Translations under genes and position numbers: made by a program
In this document: positions 9,328 to 18,393 of the stretch, one piece after another
Numbering within the stretch: position 1 is the stretch's first letter
How the letters are laid out: every line of letters starts with the position of its first letter
Notes under the pieces: generated by a model
Seen by the model: the letters and a program-made list of their open reading frames with translations, nothing else
Database searches by the model: none
Told to the model about the DNA's origin: nothing
Assembly: GCA_049969675.1 (NCBI GenBank)
Contig: JBMFOP010000004.1
Coordinates: 1 to 58,113, forward strand
Source: Myxococcota bacterium
GTDB lineage: Bacteria; Myxococcota; SpSt-1050
Length of the DNA: 58,113 nucleotides
Direction: 5' to 3'

Positions 9328-10440
9328 TTATCTGGTAGAGTCATCTATACCAGATATTATATGGAACTCCACCCTCCTATTCAGCGCCCTGCCCTTCTCT
9401 GTCTTGTTAGATGCAATCGGGACATCAAAGGCATAACCTTTGGCAATCAATCTATCGGGCTCTATCCCTTCAATCTTGATTAGATGTTCTCTCACAGCAT
9501 TTGCCCTTGCCTCTGAAAGCCTTTTATTATATGCCCTACCGCCCACATTGTCTGTATGTCCCTGCACCTCTACCTTAAATTGTGGATTGTCTTTTAAGAC
9601 CTGTGCTACCTGATGGAGGAGTTCGTAAGAGTCTTTTAATATCTTTGACTTACCGGTTGCAAAGTGCACCTGTTCCTTGATCTCAATCTGTTTGGACTCC
9701 TTATTAACTACGACAAGGGTGTATTTTTTTGGACAGCCCTTCTCCTCGGGTATACCAGCCTCCTTCGGGCACTGGTCATCCGGGTCACATATACCATCGC
9801 CATCTGTATCTGGACAACCCTGACAGGCTGGTATTCCGGGGATTGTTGGGCATTTATCCTTATCATCAACAATCCCATCGCCATCTGTATCTGGACAACC
9901 CTCAAATTGCGGAGGTCCAGGGACATCCGGGCATTTATCCTTATCATCAGTTATCCCATCGCCGTCTCTATCAGGTGGTGGACAACCATTGAAATCAACT
10001 GTCCCATAATCATTGGGGCATTTATCTTCACAATCCATTATCCCATCATTGTCTGTATCAATTTTACAGAGATCTATCTCCTTCTTCGCTATTACAACTG
10101 GCTTTGGAGGTTCCTTTACGAGGACCTTAACGGGCATACACAACTCGGGATTTTTATTTACAATATCAAGTGCCTTTGCAGTATAAATCTTTGCCTCGGC
10201 TATATGTTTATCAGCCATCACAGAATTTCCCTCTGAAGATTCATCTGATGCAAATCTGAGCTCCGATTCAGCAATGGCGGTCTCCATAGGGGCACACTTC
10301 TTTGAACCCTTCTCTATAGCTGTATTCAGGTCCTTCTGAAGGGCCGCAACCTGAGCATTTATGACACTGCTGGTTGTACAGCTAAACCATATAAGAGCCG
10401 GCAAAGAAAGAAGAAGAACTATATTCAATCTCTTCATCAT
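9328..10440 (-). CDS. OmpA-family lipoprotein with thrombospondin type-3 (Ca-binding) repeats
   Basis: Lipobox WFSC. Repeated DTDGDGI.D..D.CP units. C-terminal OmpA peptidoglycan-binding domain (GHTDNVG...YNKRLSEARANAV...NRRVEF). Confidence 0.9.
   Translation of the reverse strand: MMKRLNIVLLLSLPALIWFSCTTSSVINAQVAALQKDLNTAIEKGSKKCAPMETAIAESELRFASDESSEGNSVMADKHIAEAKIYTAKALDIVNKNPELCMPVKVLVKEPPKPVVIAKKEIDLCKIDTDNDGIMDCEDKCPNDYGTVDFNGCPPPDRDGDGITDDKDKCPDVPGPPQFEGCPDTDGDGIVDDKDKCPTIPGIPACQGCPDTDGDGICDPDDQCPKEAGIPEEKGCPKKYTLVVVNKESKQIEIKEQVHFATGKSKILKDSYELLHQVAQVLKDNPQFKVEVQGHTDNVGGRAYNKRLSEARANAVREHLIKIEGIEPDRLIAKGYAFDVPIASNKTEKGRALNRRVEFHIISGIDDSTR
9794..9949 (-). repeat. Intragenic DNA repeats encoding TSP3 units
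   Basis: CCATCGCCATCTGTATCTGGACAACCCT occurs at 9794-9821 and 9875-9902. GGGCATTTATCCTTATCATCA occurs at 9848-9868 and 9929-9949. The period is 81 bp. Confidence 0.9.
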
Positions 10441-10452
10441 ATCAACCCCTTC

Positions 10453-10842
10453 TCACTGAGTATTTATCTGATTTACTTTTTCGGTTGAATCGGTTGGAGC
10501 AGGTGGATTTATTACTGACGGTCCAGACTCCTGAGCCTTTGCATCATGAGATTTCTTCTGAGCGGCTATCGCCATCTCCTTTGCAATCTCTGCATAATCC
10601 ACTGCCCTCTCAAACTGCCCATACGCCTCCTTCTGTCTTGCCTTATGCAGGAACTCCTCAGCTTTATAGTATTCATAAGGGGCGTACTTCTCTGCATCAA
10701 CAGTCTTTGCAGCCTTAAAATTACTTGCGGCATCATTTATAAGAACTGCTGACCAGATAGGACCAACACAACCTGATACAAAAAGAAAAAATATCCCTGT
10801 AATAATCAAGATTGGTAAGTGTAATCCATAACTTTTTTTCAT
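10453..10842 (-). CDS. DUF4398-like lipoprotein
   Basis: Lipobox VSGC. Helical A/K/E-rich body with AEKYAPYEYYKAEEFLHKA. Commonly paired with OmpA-family genes. Start set to M11 (ATG at 10842) with GGGAG upstream. Confidence 0.65.
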   Translation of the reverse strand: MKKSYGLHLPILIITGIFFLFVSGCVGPIWSAVLINDAASNFKAAKTVDAEKYAPYEYYKAEEFLHKARQKEAYGQFERAVDYAEIAKEMAIAAQKKSHDAKAQESGPSVINPPAPTDSTEKVNQINTQ

Positions 10843-10874
10843 ATCTTTATACTCCCAAAAAATTCTGAACACAA

Positions 10875-11906
10875 TTAAAAATTTCTGTTATACATCAAAA
10901 CCATTCCACCATTAACAGGCTCCATCATCAGATTTTGTGATACATTCTTTGCATCAGATTTCCCTTCAATGAAGTAAAGTACCGTTGCTGAAATCAGACC
11001 GGCAGCCCCTGCCCCATAAAAGATATTTGCAAGCATAGCATAATTCTGGGCATCATCTACCAGACTCTGAACCTCCTGATGTGTCCTTGTAAGATTCTTA
11101 TCACTCTTCAAATCAGACTCTCTGGAGCTCGCCATAACTCCAAACAGAAGACCGGTTCCAACCAGAGCCAGACCAGTTGCTCCCACGATATATGTCCAGA
11201 ATCTCTTCTGACCCTTCTCAAAAACCTTCTCTGTCTTTGTCGGTTCTAAAATATTTAGCGGTTTAGCCTCTTCCTTTTTAACCACATTCATCAACTCTGG
11301 CTTCTTCTGTTCAACAGGCGCAGGTTTTTGTATCTCCACATTAATTTCATTGAGTGAAAAATCCAGTTCAAGTGACTTGTCCGGAGAGACTACAAACTCC
11401 TTATCTATAGGGAGATAACCCTTCTTGGTGAGCGAGAGTGTATATTTCCCGGGCTTCAGTTCAATCGCAAAGGGGGTCTTGCCGATTACCTTACCATTTA
11501 TAGCCACCTCCGCCTCGGAGGGAGTGGAATAGATGCCTACCTGCTGAATCCCCTTCTCCTGTAACTTCTTCTCAAGATTCTGGATAGAGATTAGAATCGT
11601 AGATTTATCTTCAGCATTAGGTGATGCCCTTAGATACTCCCTGAAGAATCTGAGTGCCATTGGTATATTCCCCTCTTTTTCGTATGCCTGTGCAATATTG
11701 TATAGAATGACACTATGTGGATATAATGAATATGCCTTCTGGAACTCCTCAATGGCTTTGTTGTATTCGGATTGTTTATAATATGCCTTCCCGAGCTCAA
11801 AGTGTTTCTTCGCCTCCTCCTTATTTCTCTCATCCTGTGCAAATGATACATTCAAAATACCTGCTACCAGAAGAATCACAACCACTAATTTTAATAATCT
11901 TGACAT
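10875..11906 (-). CDS. Secreted TPR plus PEGA domain protein with a C-terminal membrane anchor
   Basis: Signal peptide, TPR units, a PEGA-like beta domain (GIYSTPSEAEVAINGKVIGKTPFAIELKPGKYTLSLTKKGY), then TM segments. Confidence 0.7.
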   Translation of the reverse strand: MSRLLKLVVVILLVAGILNVSFAQDERNKEEAKKHFELGKAYYKQSEYNKAIEEFQKAYSLYPHSVILYNIAQAYEKEGNIPMALRFFREYLRASPNAEDKSTILISIQNLEKKLQEKGIQQVGIYSTPSEAEVAINGKVIGKTPFAIELKPGKYTLSLTKKGYLPIDKEFVVSPDKSLELDFSLNEINVEIQKPAPVEQKKPELMNVVKKEEAKPLNILEPTKTEKVFEKGQKRFWTYIVGATGLALVGTGLLFGVMASSRESDLKSDKNLTRTHQEVQSLVDDAQNYAMLANIFYGAGAAGLISATVLYFIEGKSDAKNVSQNLMMEPVNGGMVLMYNRNF

Positions 11907-12134
11907 TTTATATGCTCCTTAAGTAGTGCAATTATCAAATTATATTAGCAAAAGCAACCATAATGTCAAGGATTTATGCAATCCTCATCACAAATTTAGA
12001 ACAACCTCTCCATTCTACTTTATTGGCAGGCAAATCTGGAAAGTCTAAAGGTTTAATTTAGAGAACACAGGAATTTTTCCATAAAGAAAGGTTAACAATC
12101 ACATCTGTCTAAAATAATTTTTGGTGAAAGATCC

Positions 12135-12169
12135 TACGAGGCTACGCTTCGCTATGCCATTTCGCCTAC
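12135..12169 (+). repeat. GC-rich ~35-nt motif, copy 1
   Basis: TACGAGGCTACGCTTCGCTATGCCATTTCGCCTAC. Related copies lie at 12412-12445 and, inverted, at 43794-43823. Confidence 0.7.
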
Positions 12170-12411
12170 ACGGTACGAGCCGAGCCTAAACGGCACGAGC
12201 CCTTACGGGGATGAGCCTAAACGGCACTTGAGGTTTTATGTTATTTTTATTGTGCTGTGCTTACGCAGATGCACAAAAGAATCATCCTGCCTCACGCTGT
12301 TCGGCAGATGATTCGCACTGCATAAATTTTGTGAGTCTTAAACAAAAATTGAAAATGAATCAATATTCGTCAATATTACAGATTTAATCAATTAAAATTT
12401 ATGCATTGCAG

Positions 12412-12445
12412 TACGAGGCTTCGCTCTGCTCCGCTATTTCGCCTA
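12412..12445 (+). repeat. GC-rich ~35-nt motif, copy 2
   Basis: TACGAGGCTTCGCTCTGCTCCGCTATTTCGCCTA. It is followed by the perfect hairpin AACATCAATT-agtgt-AATTGATGTT. Confidence 0.7.
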
Positions 12446-12494
12446 ACATCAATTAGTGTAATTGATGTTTATATTCCATAGTTAGTTTCACCTG

Positions 12495-12662
12495 AACTGG
12501 ATGATTCTTTGTATTGATTGGGATTAGTAATCTCTACAAAATCATTTTTTTTATTTGAAAAACTCTGGATATATTGAAAATCTTCATAATGACCTCTCAC
12601 TTTTTGTGTTATATTGAGTTAAATTCAGACCTTTGTCTTTGTCAAATCTTTTCAGATGTTAA
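12495..12662 (-). repeat. Intergenic repeat family, head fragment (copy F1)
   Basis: 12500-12662 aligns closely with 40735-40900, for example TTTGTCAAATCTTTTCAGATGTTAAC against TTTGTCAAATCTTCTCAGCAGGTTAAC. The tail half is replaced by the GC-rich island. Confidence 0.7.
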
Positions 12663-12724
12663 CTACTTAAAATCTCATAATTTTAATAACTATGTTGCTA
12701 TGGGAATGTTAATGTTAAATTTTT

Positions 12725-12991
12725 GATATGGAACCCTTTGTTTTTTTTGTTATCTCAGTAAATAGGGGTTCCTTACCCATCCCAAATTCACTTAGAGGCG
12801 ATGTGATGGCTTTAGCATTTCTTCTGTTCAATCCCTAAGCTATCCTCAATCCCCATAGGTGTCGGTATAATAAATCTTATCCCATCTCTAATTTGGCATA
12901 GCAGAAAGCAAAATATTTGTAAAATCTTCTGCATATTTTGCGTAGAAGTTACGATTAAAGGATCTACATCAGATTATTTTGGATAGAAGTG
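12725..12991 (+). repeat. Intergenic repeat family, copy F2 (diverged body, clear tail)
   Basis: The tail ATCAGATTATTTTGGATAGAAGTG matches ATCAGATTATTCTGGACAGAAGTG of copy A. It lies head-to-head with F1, about 110 bp upstream of nuoA. Confidence 0.55.
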
Positions 12992-13101
12992 GATTTTAAT
13001 GTTGCTCGGAGCAGTTGATTGAATCAATGGTATTCAGGTAAAAATTATGATTTCTTTTGTTGACACCAAATAAATTATATATTAGTGAAAAATTTTGTGT
13101 T

Positions 13102-13458
13102 ATGAGTGAGATTGCAGGTTTATTAATTTTTACGGCTATAGTTTTTATCTTTGTTGCAGGGATGTGGCTATTTACATTCCTGTTTGGACCAAGGTATCGG
13201 ACAAAAATTAAGTCACAGCCATTTGAATGTGGTCTTGAACCAATCGGTCCAAATAAAACCAGATTTTCTGTTCAGTATTATATTTACGCAATTTTACTCG
13301 TGATATTTGATGTAGAGGTAATCTTTTTGATTCCACTTGCATTTATATTTAGAGAGAATTCAATCTTTATCTATGTGATTATTGCACTATTTTTAATAAC
13401 GGCATTTTTGGGATATGTCTATGCCTATAAGAGGGATGGTTTTAGTTTTGAGGATTAA
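13102..13458 (+). CDS. nuoA: NADH-quinone oxidoreductase subunit A
   Basis: Three TM helices. Conserved PFECGLEP and DVEVIFL motifs. ATG at 13102 is preferred over the TTG-extended ORF starting at 13057. Confidence 0.9.
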   Translation: MSEIAGLLIFTAIVFIFVAGMWLFTFLFGPRYRTKIKSQPFECGLEPIGPNKTRFSVQYYIYAILLVIFDVEVIFLIPLAFIFRENSIFIYVIIALFLITAFLGYVYAYKRDGFSFED

Positions 13459-13463
13459 AAGAG

Positions 13464-13985
13464 ATGGCTGAGGAAGAACTATTAAGAGGTGCAGTAATAA
13501 CATCCAGACTTGATGCATCAATAAATTTCTTTGATAAGGTGCTCAACTGGGCGAGGAAGTACTCCCTGTTTCAATATCCATTTGCGACCGCCTGTTGTGC
13601 AATGGAATATATGACCACAATGGGTCCCAGATATGACCTTGGTAGGTTTGGTGCAGAGGTCCCAAGATTCTCGCCCCGCCAGAGTGACTTACTGTGGGTG
13701 GTGGGGACCATCAGCCACAAGCTCGCCCCGGTGCTCGTTAGAGTCTATGAACAGATGTGCGAACCCAAGTGGGTTATCTCTTATGGTGTATGTGCATCAT
13801 CAGGTGGCTTTTACAACAATTATGCAACTGTTCAGGGGATTGATACTATAATCCCTGTAGATGTCTATATACCTGGTTGCCCTCCAAGGCCAGAGCAGGT
13901 GCTGGACGCGCTGATGCTTCTACAGGAAAAAATAGATAACAGAAAAGCGGATTGGAGATTTTCAAAGAAGAGGGAAGATGAATAA
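13464..13985 (+). CDS. nuoB: NADH-quinone oxidoreductase subunit B
   Basis: N2-cluster cysteines are present (ACCAMEY, CASSGGFY, PGCPPRPE). Confidence 0.96.
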   Translation: MAEEELLRGAVITSRLDASINFFDKVLNWARKYSLFQYPFATACCAMEYMTTMGPRYDLGRFGAEVPRFSPRQSDLLWVVGTISHKLAPVLVRVYEQMCEPKWVISYGVCASSGGFYNNYATVQGIDTIIPVDVYIPGCPPRPEQVLDALMLLQEKIDNRKADWRFSKKREDE

Positions 13986-14484
13986 GGAAATCATAGAGAA
14001 GATAAAGGCGAATTTTGGGCCTGATATAATTTCCTTTGAATTCGGGAGAGATATGCCACTCTTTGTTATAAAGAAGGATTCTATCTTGAGGTTCGTGACT
14101 TTTCTTAAAGAGGATGCAGATATCAGGATGGAGCAGATAACAGATATTACAGCCGTGGACTGGTATCAAAAGAGGGAGCCGAGATTTGAGGTTGTATATC
14201 ACTTCTATTCATATACCCATAATCATAGATTGAGAGTCAAAGTTGGTCTGAGTGAGGATGATGCAAGGATCTCAACTATCACAGGTATTTTTAGTGGGGC
14301 GAATTGGTTTGAGAGGGAGTGCTGGGATATGTATGGGATAGTCTTTTTAAATCATCCTGATTTGAGAAGGATATTATTATATCCCGAATTTGTCGGACAT
14401 CCACTTCGCAAGGATTACCCTGTAGATAAGAGGCAGCCACTTGTTAAGTTGAGAAAGCCGGAGGATAGACGTGAAAGACCCTGA
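13978..14484 (+). CDS. nuoC: NADH-quinone oxidoreductase subunit C
   Basis: 30-kDa subunit motifs (NWFERECWDMYGIVF..HPDLRRIL). Overlaps the end of nuoB. Confidence 0.94.
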   Translation: MNKEIIEKIKANFGPDIISFEFGRDMPLFVIKKDSILRFVTFLKEDADIRMEQITDITAVDWYQKREPRFEVVYHFYSYTHNHRLRVKVGLSEDDARISTITGIFSGANWFERECWDMYGIVFLNHPDLRRILLYPEFVGHPLRKDYPVDKRQPLVKLRKPEDRRERP

Positions 14485-15655
14485 GAGCAGAGTACAGGAA
14501 ATCACAATAAATATGGGACCTTCTCATCCAGCCATGCACGGGACTATTAGATTGCTTGTAACACTTGCCGGGGAGAGGGTTTTGAAGTGCGATACACAGA
14601 TTGGATATCTTCACAGGGCTTTTGAGAAGATGTCTGAGGCAAATGTCTGGCAGGCAATATTTCCATATACAGACAGGCTCAATTATGTAAGCCCACTTAT
14701 GAACAATGTTGGATATGCGCAGGCAGTGGAGAAATTGATAGGTATTGAGATACCTGAGAGGACAAAGTATATTCGCGTGCTCATCTGTGAATTATCTAGA
14801 ATTGCAGATCACCTTACCTGTATCGCCGCCGCATCTATGGAACTCGGGGCTTTTACCGTTTTTCTATATTGTATGGAGGCAAGAGACCTAATATGGGATA
14901 GGATTGAGGAGCTGAGCGGTGCCAGAGTAACACCAGCCTATGTCAGAATAGGAGGTCTTGCAAGAGACCTGCCAGAGGGATTTTGTGAGCGGACGATGGG
15001 GATTTTACCAAAGATAGAGAAGTTGATAAAAGACATTGACGACCTGTTGACAGATAATCCTATTTTTATTGAGCGAAATAGAGATGTAGGTAAGATTTCA
15101 CCCTCTGATGCAATTGAGATTGGATTTACCGGTCCCTGTCTCAGGTCAACGGGTGTGAAACACGATTTGAGAAAGAGATCGCCTTATCTGATTTATGACA
15201 GATTGGAATTTGATATTCCGGTTGGGACAAAGGGGGATAATTATGATAGATATATGGTCAGAATGGAGGAGATGCGACAGTCAATAAGGATTATCAGGCA
15301 GGTAATTAGGGATATGCCAGATGGAAAAATAAATATAGATGATACTATGTATATCCTCCCTCCAAAAGAGGAGGTCTATAATACAATAGAAGGTGTTGTA
15401 AATCACTTCAAACTTATTATAGATGGGATTCAGGTCCCAGCAGGTGAGATATACGATTGTACTGAGGCGGCAAATGGTGAGCTCGGCTTCTATCTCGTCT
15501 CTGATGGGGGAGGTAAACCGATTAAGTGCAGGGTGAGGTCCCCATCCTTTGCCCTGATGCAGGGGCTTGAGAAGATGATAGTTGGTTCATATCTGGCAGA
15601 TATTATTCCAACATTCGGTTCAATAAATATGATAGGGGGGGAGTGTGATAGATAG
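14471..15655 (+). CDS. nuoD: NADH-quinone oxidoreductase subunit D
   Basis: 49-kDa subunit motifs (NMGPSHPAMHGT, GYLHRAFEK, RIADHL, ends GECDR). GTG start overlaps nuoC. Confidence 0.96.
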   Translation: MKDPESRVQEITINMGPSHPAMHGTIRLLVTLAGERVLKCDTQIGYLHRAFEKMSEANVWQAIFPYTDRLNYVSPLMNNVGYAQAVEKLIGIEIPERTKYIRVLICELSRIADHLTCIAAASMELGAFTVFLYCMEARDLIWDRIEELSGARVTPAYVRIGGLARDLPEGFCERTMGILPKIEKLIKDIDDLLTDNPIFIERNRDVGKISPSDAIEIGFTGPCLRSTGVKHDLRKRSPYLIYDRLEFDIPVGTKGDNYDRYMVRMEEMRQSIRIIRQVIRDMPDGKINIDDTMYILPPKEEVYNTIEGVVNHFKLIIDGIQVPAGEIYDCTEAANGELGFYLVSDGGGKPIKCRVRSPSFALMQGLEKMIVGSYLADIIPTFGSINMIGGECDR

Positions 15656-17170
15656 ATGAAGGAAGTTCGGTTTAAGATTGATGGGAAGGAAGTAACTGCC
15701 TTAGAGGGGACCAATCTTATAGAGGCGGCAAAGCAGATTGGTGTGGAGATTCCTCACTTCTGCTATCACAGGCATCTATCAATCGCTGCAAATTGCAGGA
15801 TGTGTCTTGTAGAGGTAAAGAACAGTCCGAAGTTACTTCCAGCCTGTCAGACCCGAGTCGCTGAAGGTATGGAGGTCTTTACAAATACTGAGAGGGTAAA
15901 GAGGAATCAGGCGGCTATAATGGAATTTCTATTTATAAATCATCCGGTAGATTGCCCCATCTGTGATCAGGCGGGTGAGTGCTATCTGCAAGAATATTAT
16001 ATGAAGTATGATAGGACACTCAGCCGATATAGAGAGGAGAAGAATAAGAAGCGAAAGGCATTTCTGATTGGCCCACGGGTAATCTATGATGCTGAGAGAT
16101 GTATTCTATGTACAAGATGTGTTAGATTTATGGAGGAGGAGATAAAGAGGGCCGTACTCGGAGTCAAATATCGCGGCGATAAGGGTTTTATTACTACCTT
16201 TCAGGATAAGCCCTTTGATGATTCATATTCTATCAATACTGCTGATATATGTCCTGTTGGGGCACTCACCAGTGTAGATTTTAGATTTAAAGTAAGGGTC
16301 TGGGAGCTCACAAATACAGATAGTATATGCTGGGGCTGTTCCAGAAACTGCTCAATAAAGGTCTGTCATAAGAATAATCAGGTCTACAGATTTCTCCCTC
16401 GCGAAAATCCCATTATAAATAAATACTATATGTGTGATGAAGGCAGGCTCAGCTACAAATTAATACATACAGATAGACTCAATAATGCCCTCAGGAGAGG
16501 AAATGCTGTGGATATAGAGAGCGCTATCTCACTTGTGAGTGAAATAGTTGAGAGTGACCCCAAGAATATCTCTATAGTCCTCTCCCCGTCAATTGGCAAC
16601 GAGGCAATATATCTGATTGGAAGACTTGTAAAAGATATACTAAAGGTTGAAAATCTCTACTTTGTACAGAGTAATATATGGGAAGAGGATGGTATCCTCA
16701 AGAGCAGGATACGGGATTTCAATTACTATGGATTTCAGAGAATAATTAAGGCTATGGGACTGGAGGTAGTTGAATTAAAGACGGATTTGCAATTAAAGAA
16801 GACGGTCATTCTGTTCGGCGCAAATATGAGAGATGAATACAGGGAGATATTAAAGAGAAAGAAGGTAATTGTCTTTGATACCCATCTGGATGACTTTGTA
16901 AACTCATCTGAGTTGTCTATCCCAATTGCTACGATATTCGAGGAGAGCGGAACAGTGATAAACTCTGATGGAATTTTACAGAAGTATAATAAGGCTATTG
17001 AGGGGCAGTCTCTGCCGTTAATATTCTATCTCAAAAATATCCTCTCTGAATTGGACGACGGATATCTATTTGGGAGTGCTGGATCCATATTTGACAACTT
17101 CGTAGGTGACTTATTGGGTGTTAAAGGTATAAAGTTTGAAGAGATTCCATCTCTGGGGATAAAGGTATGA
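15656..17170 (+). CDS. nuoG: NuoG-like Fe-S subunit, short form (504 aa)
   Basis: N-terminal 2Fe-2S cysteines (C..ANCRMCLVEV...ACQT), His-Cys3 cluster motif (HPVDCPICDQAGEC), CILCTRCVRF and CPVGAL. The C-terminal molybdopterin-like region is truncated compared with ~900-aa NuoG proteins. Confidence 0.85.
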   Translation: MKEVRFKIDGKEVTALEGTNLIEAAKQIGVEIPHFCYHRHLSIAANCRMCLVEVKNSPKLLPACQTRVAEGMEVFTNTERVKRNQAAIMEFLFINHPVDCPICDQAGECYLQEYYMKYDRTLSRYREEKNKKRKAFLIGPRVIYDAERCILCTRCVRFMEEEIKRAVLGVKYRGDKGFITTFQDKPFDDSYSINTADICPVGALTSVDFRFKVRVWELTNTDSICWGCSRNCSIKVCHKNNQVYRFLPRENPIINKYYMCDEGRLSYKLIHTDRLNNALRRGNAVDIESAISLVSEIVESDPKNISIVLSPSIGNEAIYLIGRLVKDILKVENLYFVQSNIWEEDGILKSRIRDFNYYGFQRIIKAMGLEVVELKTDLQLKKTVILFGANMRDEYREILKRKKVIVFDTHLDDFVNSSELSIPIATIFEESGTVINSDGILQKYNKAIEGQSLPLIFYLKNILSELDDGYLFGSAGSIFDNFVGDLLGVKGIKFEEIPSLGIKV

Positions 17171-18393
17171 TTTCAGTATTGATTGAGATTTTGAAGGTAG
17201 CAATTCTACTTGCAGTTGCACTTACAGCAGGTGCTGTGCTCTCCTGGGTAGAGCGAAGGATGTCTGCCATCATTCAGGATAGACTCGGTCCAAATAGGGC
17301 AAATATTATTTTATCTGGTAAAAATATTACATTGGGTGGACTTTTGCATCCAGTTGCTGATGGTCTGAAACTCCTGTTTAAGGAAGACTTTATGCCGGAA
17401 GGGGCAAACAGGATACTATTTGTCCTCGCCCCCTTTATTGGAATGTTCTTTGTCCTGATGGGGTTTGCTTCTATCCCTGTTGCAGGCTCGCTTTCAGTTG
17501 GTGGGCTTGAAATCCGATTTCACTTCTTTGATTTCAATATAGGGATATTGTATCTCTTTGCAGTCACCTCGCTCTCAATCTTTGGCACAATTTTAGGTGG
17601 TTATAGTTCAAATAATAAATGGGCACTTTTAGGTGGAGTAAGGGCGGCTGCCCAGTTAATAAGTTATGAGACGGTGATAGGACTTGTGATATTATCAATG
17701 GCTATATATTTCAATTCACTCTCCACAACAGAGATAATACAGAAGCAGGATTCATTATTGCTTGGATTTTTACCAAACTGGGGTATATTTGCACAACCAA
17801 TCTCCTTTGTTCTCATGTTTATAGCATTACTCGCTGAGGGGAAGAGGGCTCCATTTGATATACCGGAAGGTGAATCCGAGATAATTGGTTACTTTATAGA
17901 GTATTCAGGGCTGAAGTTTGCGATGTTCTTCCTGACAGAATTTATTGAGGTAGCACTCATTGGCTGCATCGTAACACTTCTCTTCTTGGGTGGATATAAT
18001 CTTCCTTATCTTAAGACAGAGGATTACATCCTTGCAGTTCCATCGGTCTTCTTTATTGCTGGTCTATTCCCTCTTCTTTTATCATACTTTGCCCTGAAAT
18101 ATCATAAATCATATTCCTTCTTTATAATTTTATCGTCAGCAGGTATATCTCTTATTCTCCTCTCTATAATCTCTATCTTCTTACCGCATGGTTCAATAGT
18201 CACAGAGATATTCATAAGAATCGCACAGATTACTGTCTTTGTATTTAAGACAGCAATTGTTATATTCCTGATGTTTCTGATCAGGTGGACATTGCCGAGA
18301 TATAGATTTGACCAGCTCTTAAGGATTGGATGGTTAAATCTGGTACCACTTTCAATATTAAATGTCTTATTGACTGGATTACTTATACTATGA
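17167..18393 (+). CDS. nuoH: NADH-quinone oxidoreductase subunit H with an extra hydrophobic insertion
   Basis: Motifs QDRLGPNR, EGKRAPFDIPEGESE, EYSG..FA.FF..E and RWTLPRYRFDQLL. At 408 aa it is longer than typical NuoH. Confidence 0.94.
   Translation: MISVLIEILKVAILLAVALTAGAVLSWVERRMSAIIQDRLGPNRANIILSGKNITLGGLLHPVADGLKLLFKEDFMPEGANRILFVLAPFIGMFFVLMGFASIPVAGSLSVGGLEIRFHFFDFNIGILYLFAVTSLSIFGTILGGYSSNNKWALLGGVRAAAQLISYETVIGLVILSMAIYFNSLSTTEIIQKQDSLLLGFLPNWGIFAQPISFVLMFIALLAEGKRAPFDIPEGESEIIGYFIEYSGLKFAMFFLTEFIEVALIGCIVTLLFLGGYNLPYLKTEDYILAVPSVFFIAGLFPLLLSYFALKYHKSYSFFIILSSAGISLILLSIISIFLPHGSIVTEIFIRIAQITVFVFKTAIVIFLMFLIRWTLPRYRFDQLLRIGWLNLVPLSILNVLLTGLLIL

Noticed and set aside
9811-9820. CTGGACAAC inside the OmpA-TSP3 gene as another copy of the repeat tail
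   Set aside because: It is part of the in-frame TSP3 coding repeat (reverse complement GGTTGTCCAGATACAGATGGCGATGG). The flanking sequence shows no similarity to the intergenic family.
13057-13101. TTG-initiated N-terminal extension of nuoA, and a promoter reading of TTGACA at 13060
   Set aside because: The extension (MLTPNKLYISEKFCV) is not NuoA-like, so the ATG at 13102 is preferred. The TTGACA box has no well-spaced -10 hexamer: TATATT is only 12 nt away, and the hexamers at 16-17 nt are poor. I therefore did not call it as a feature.
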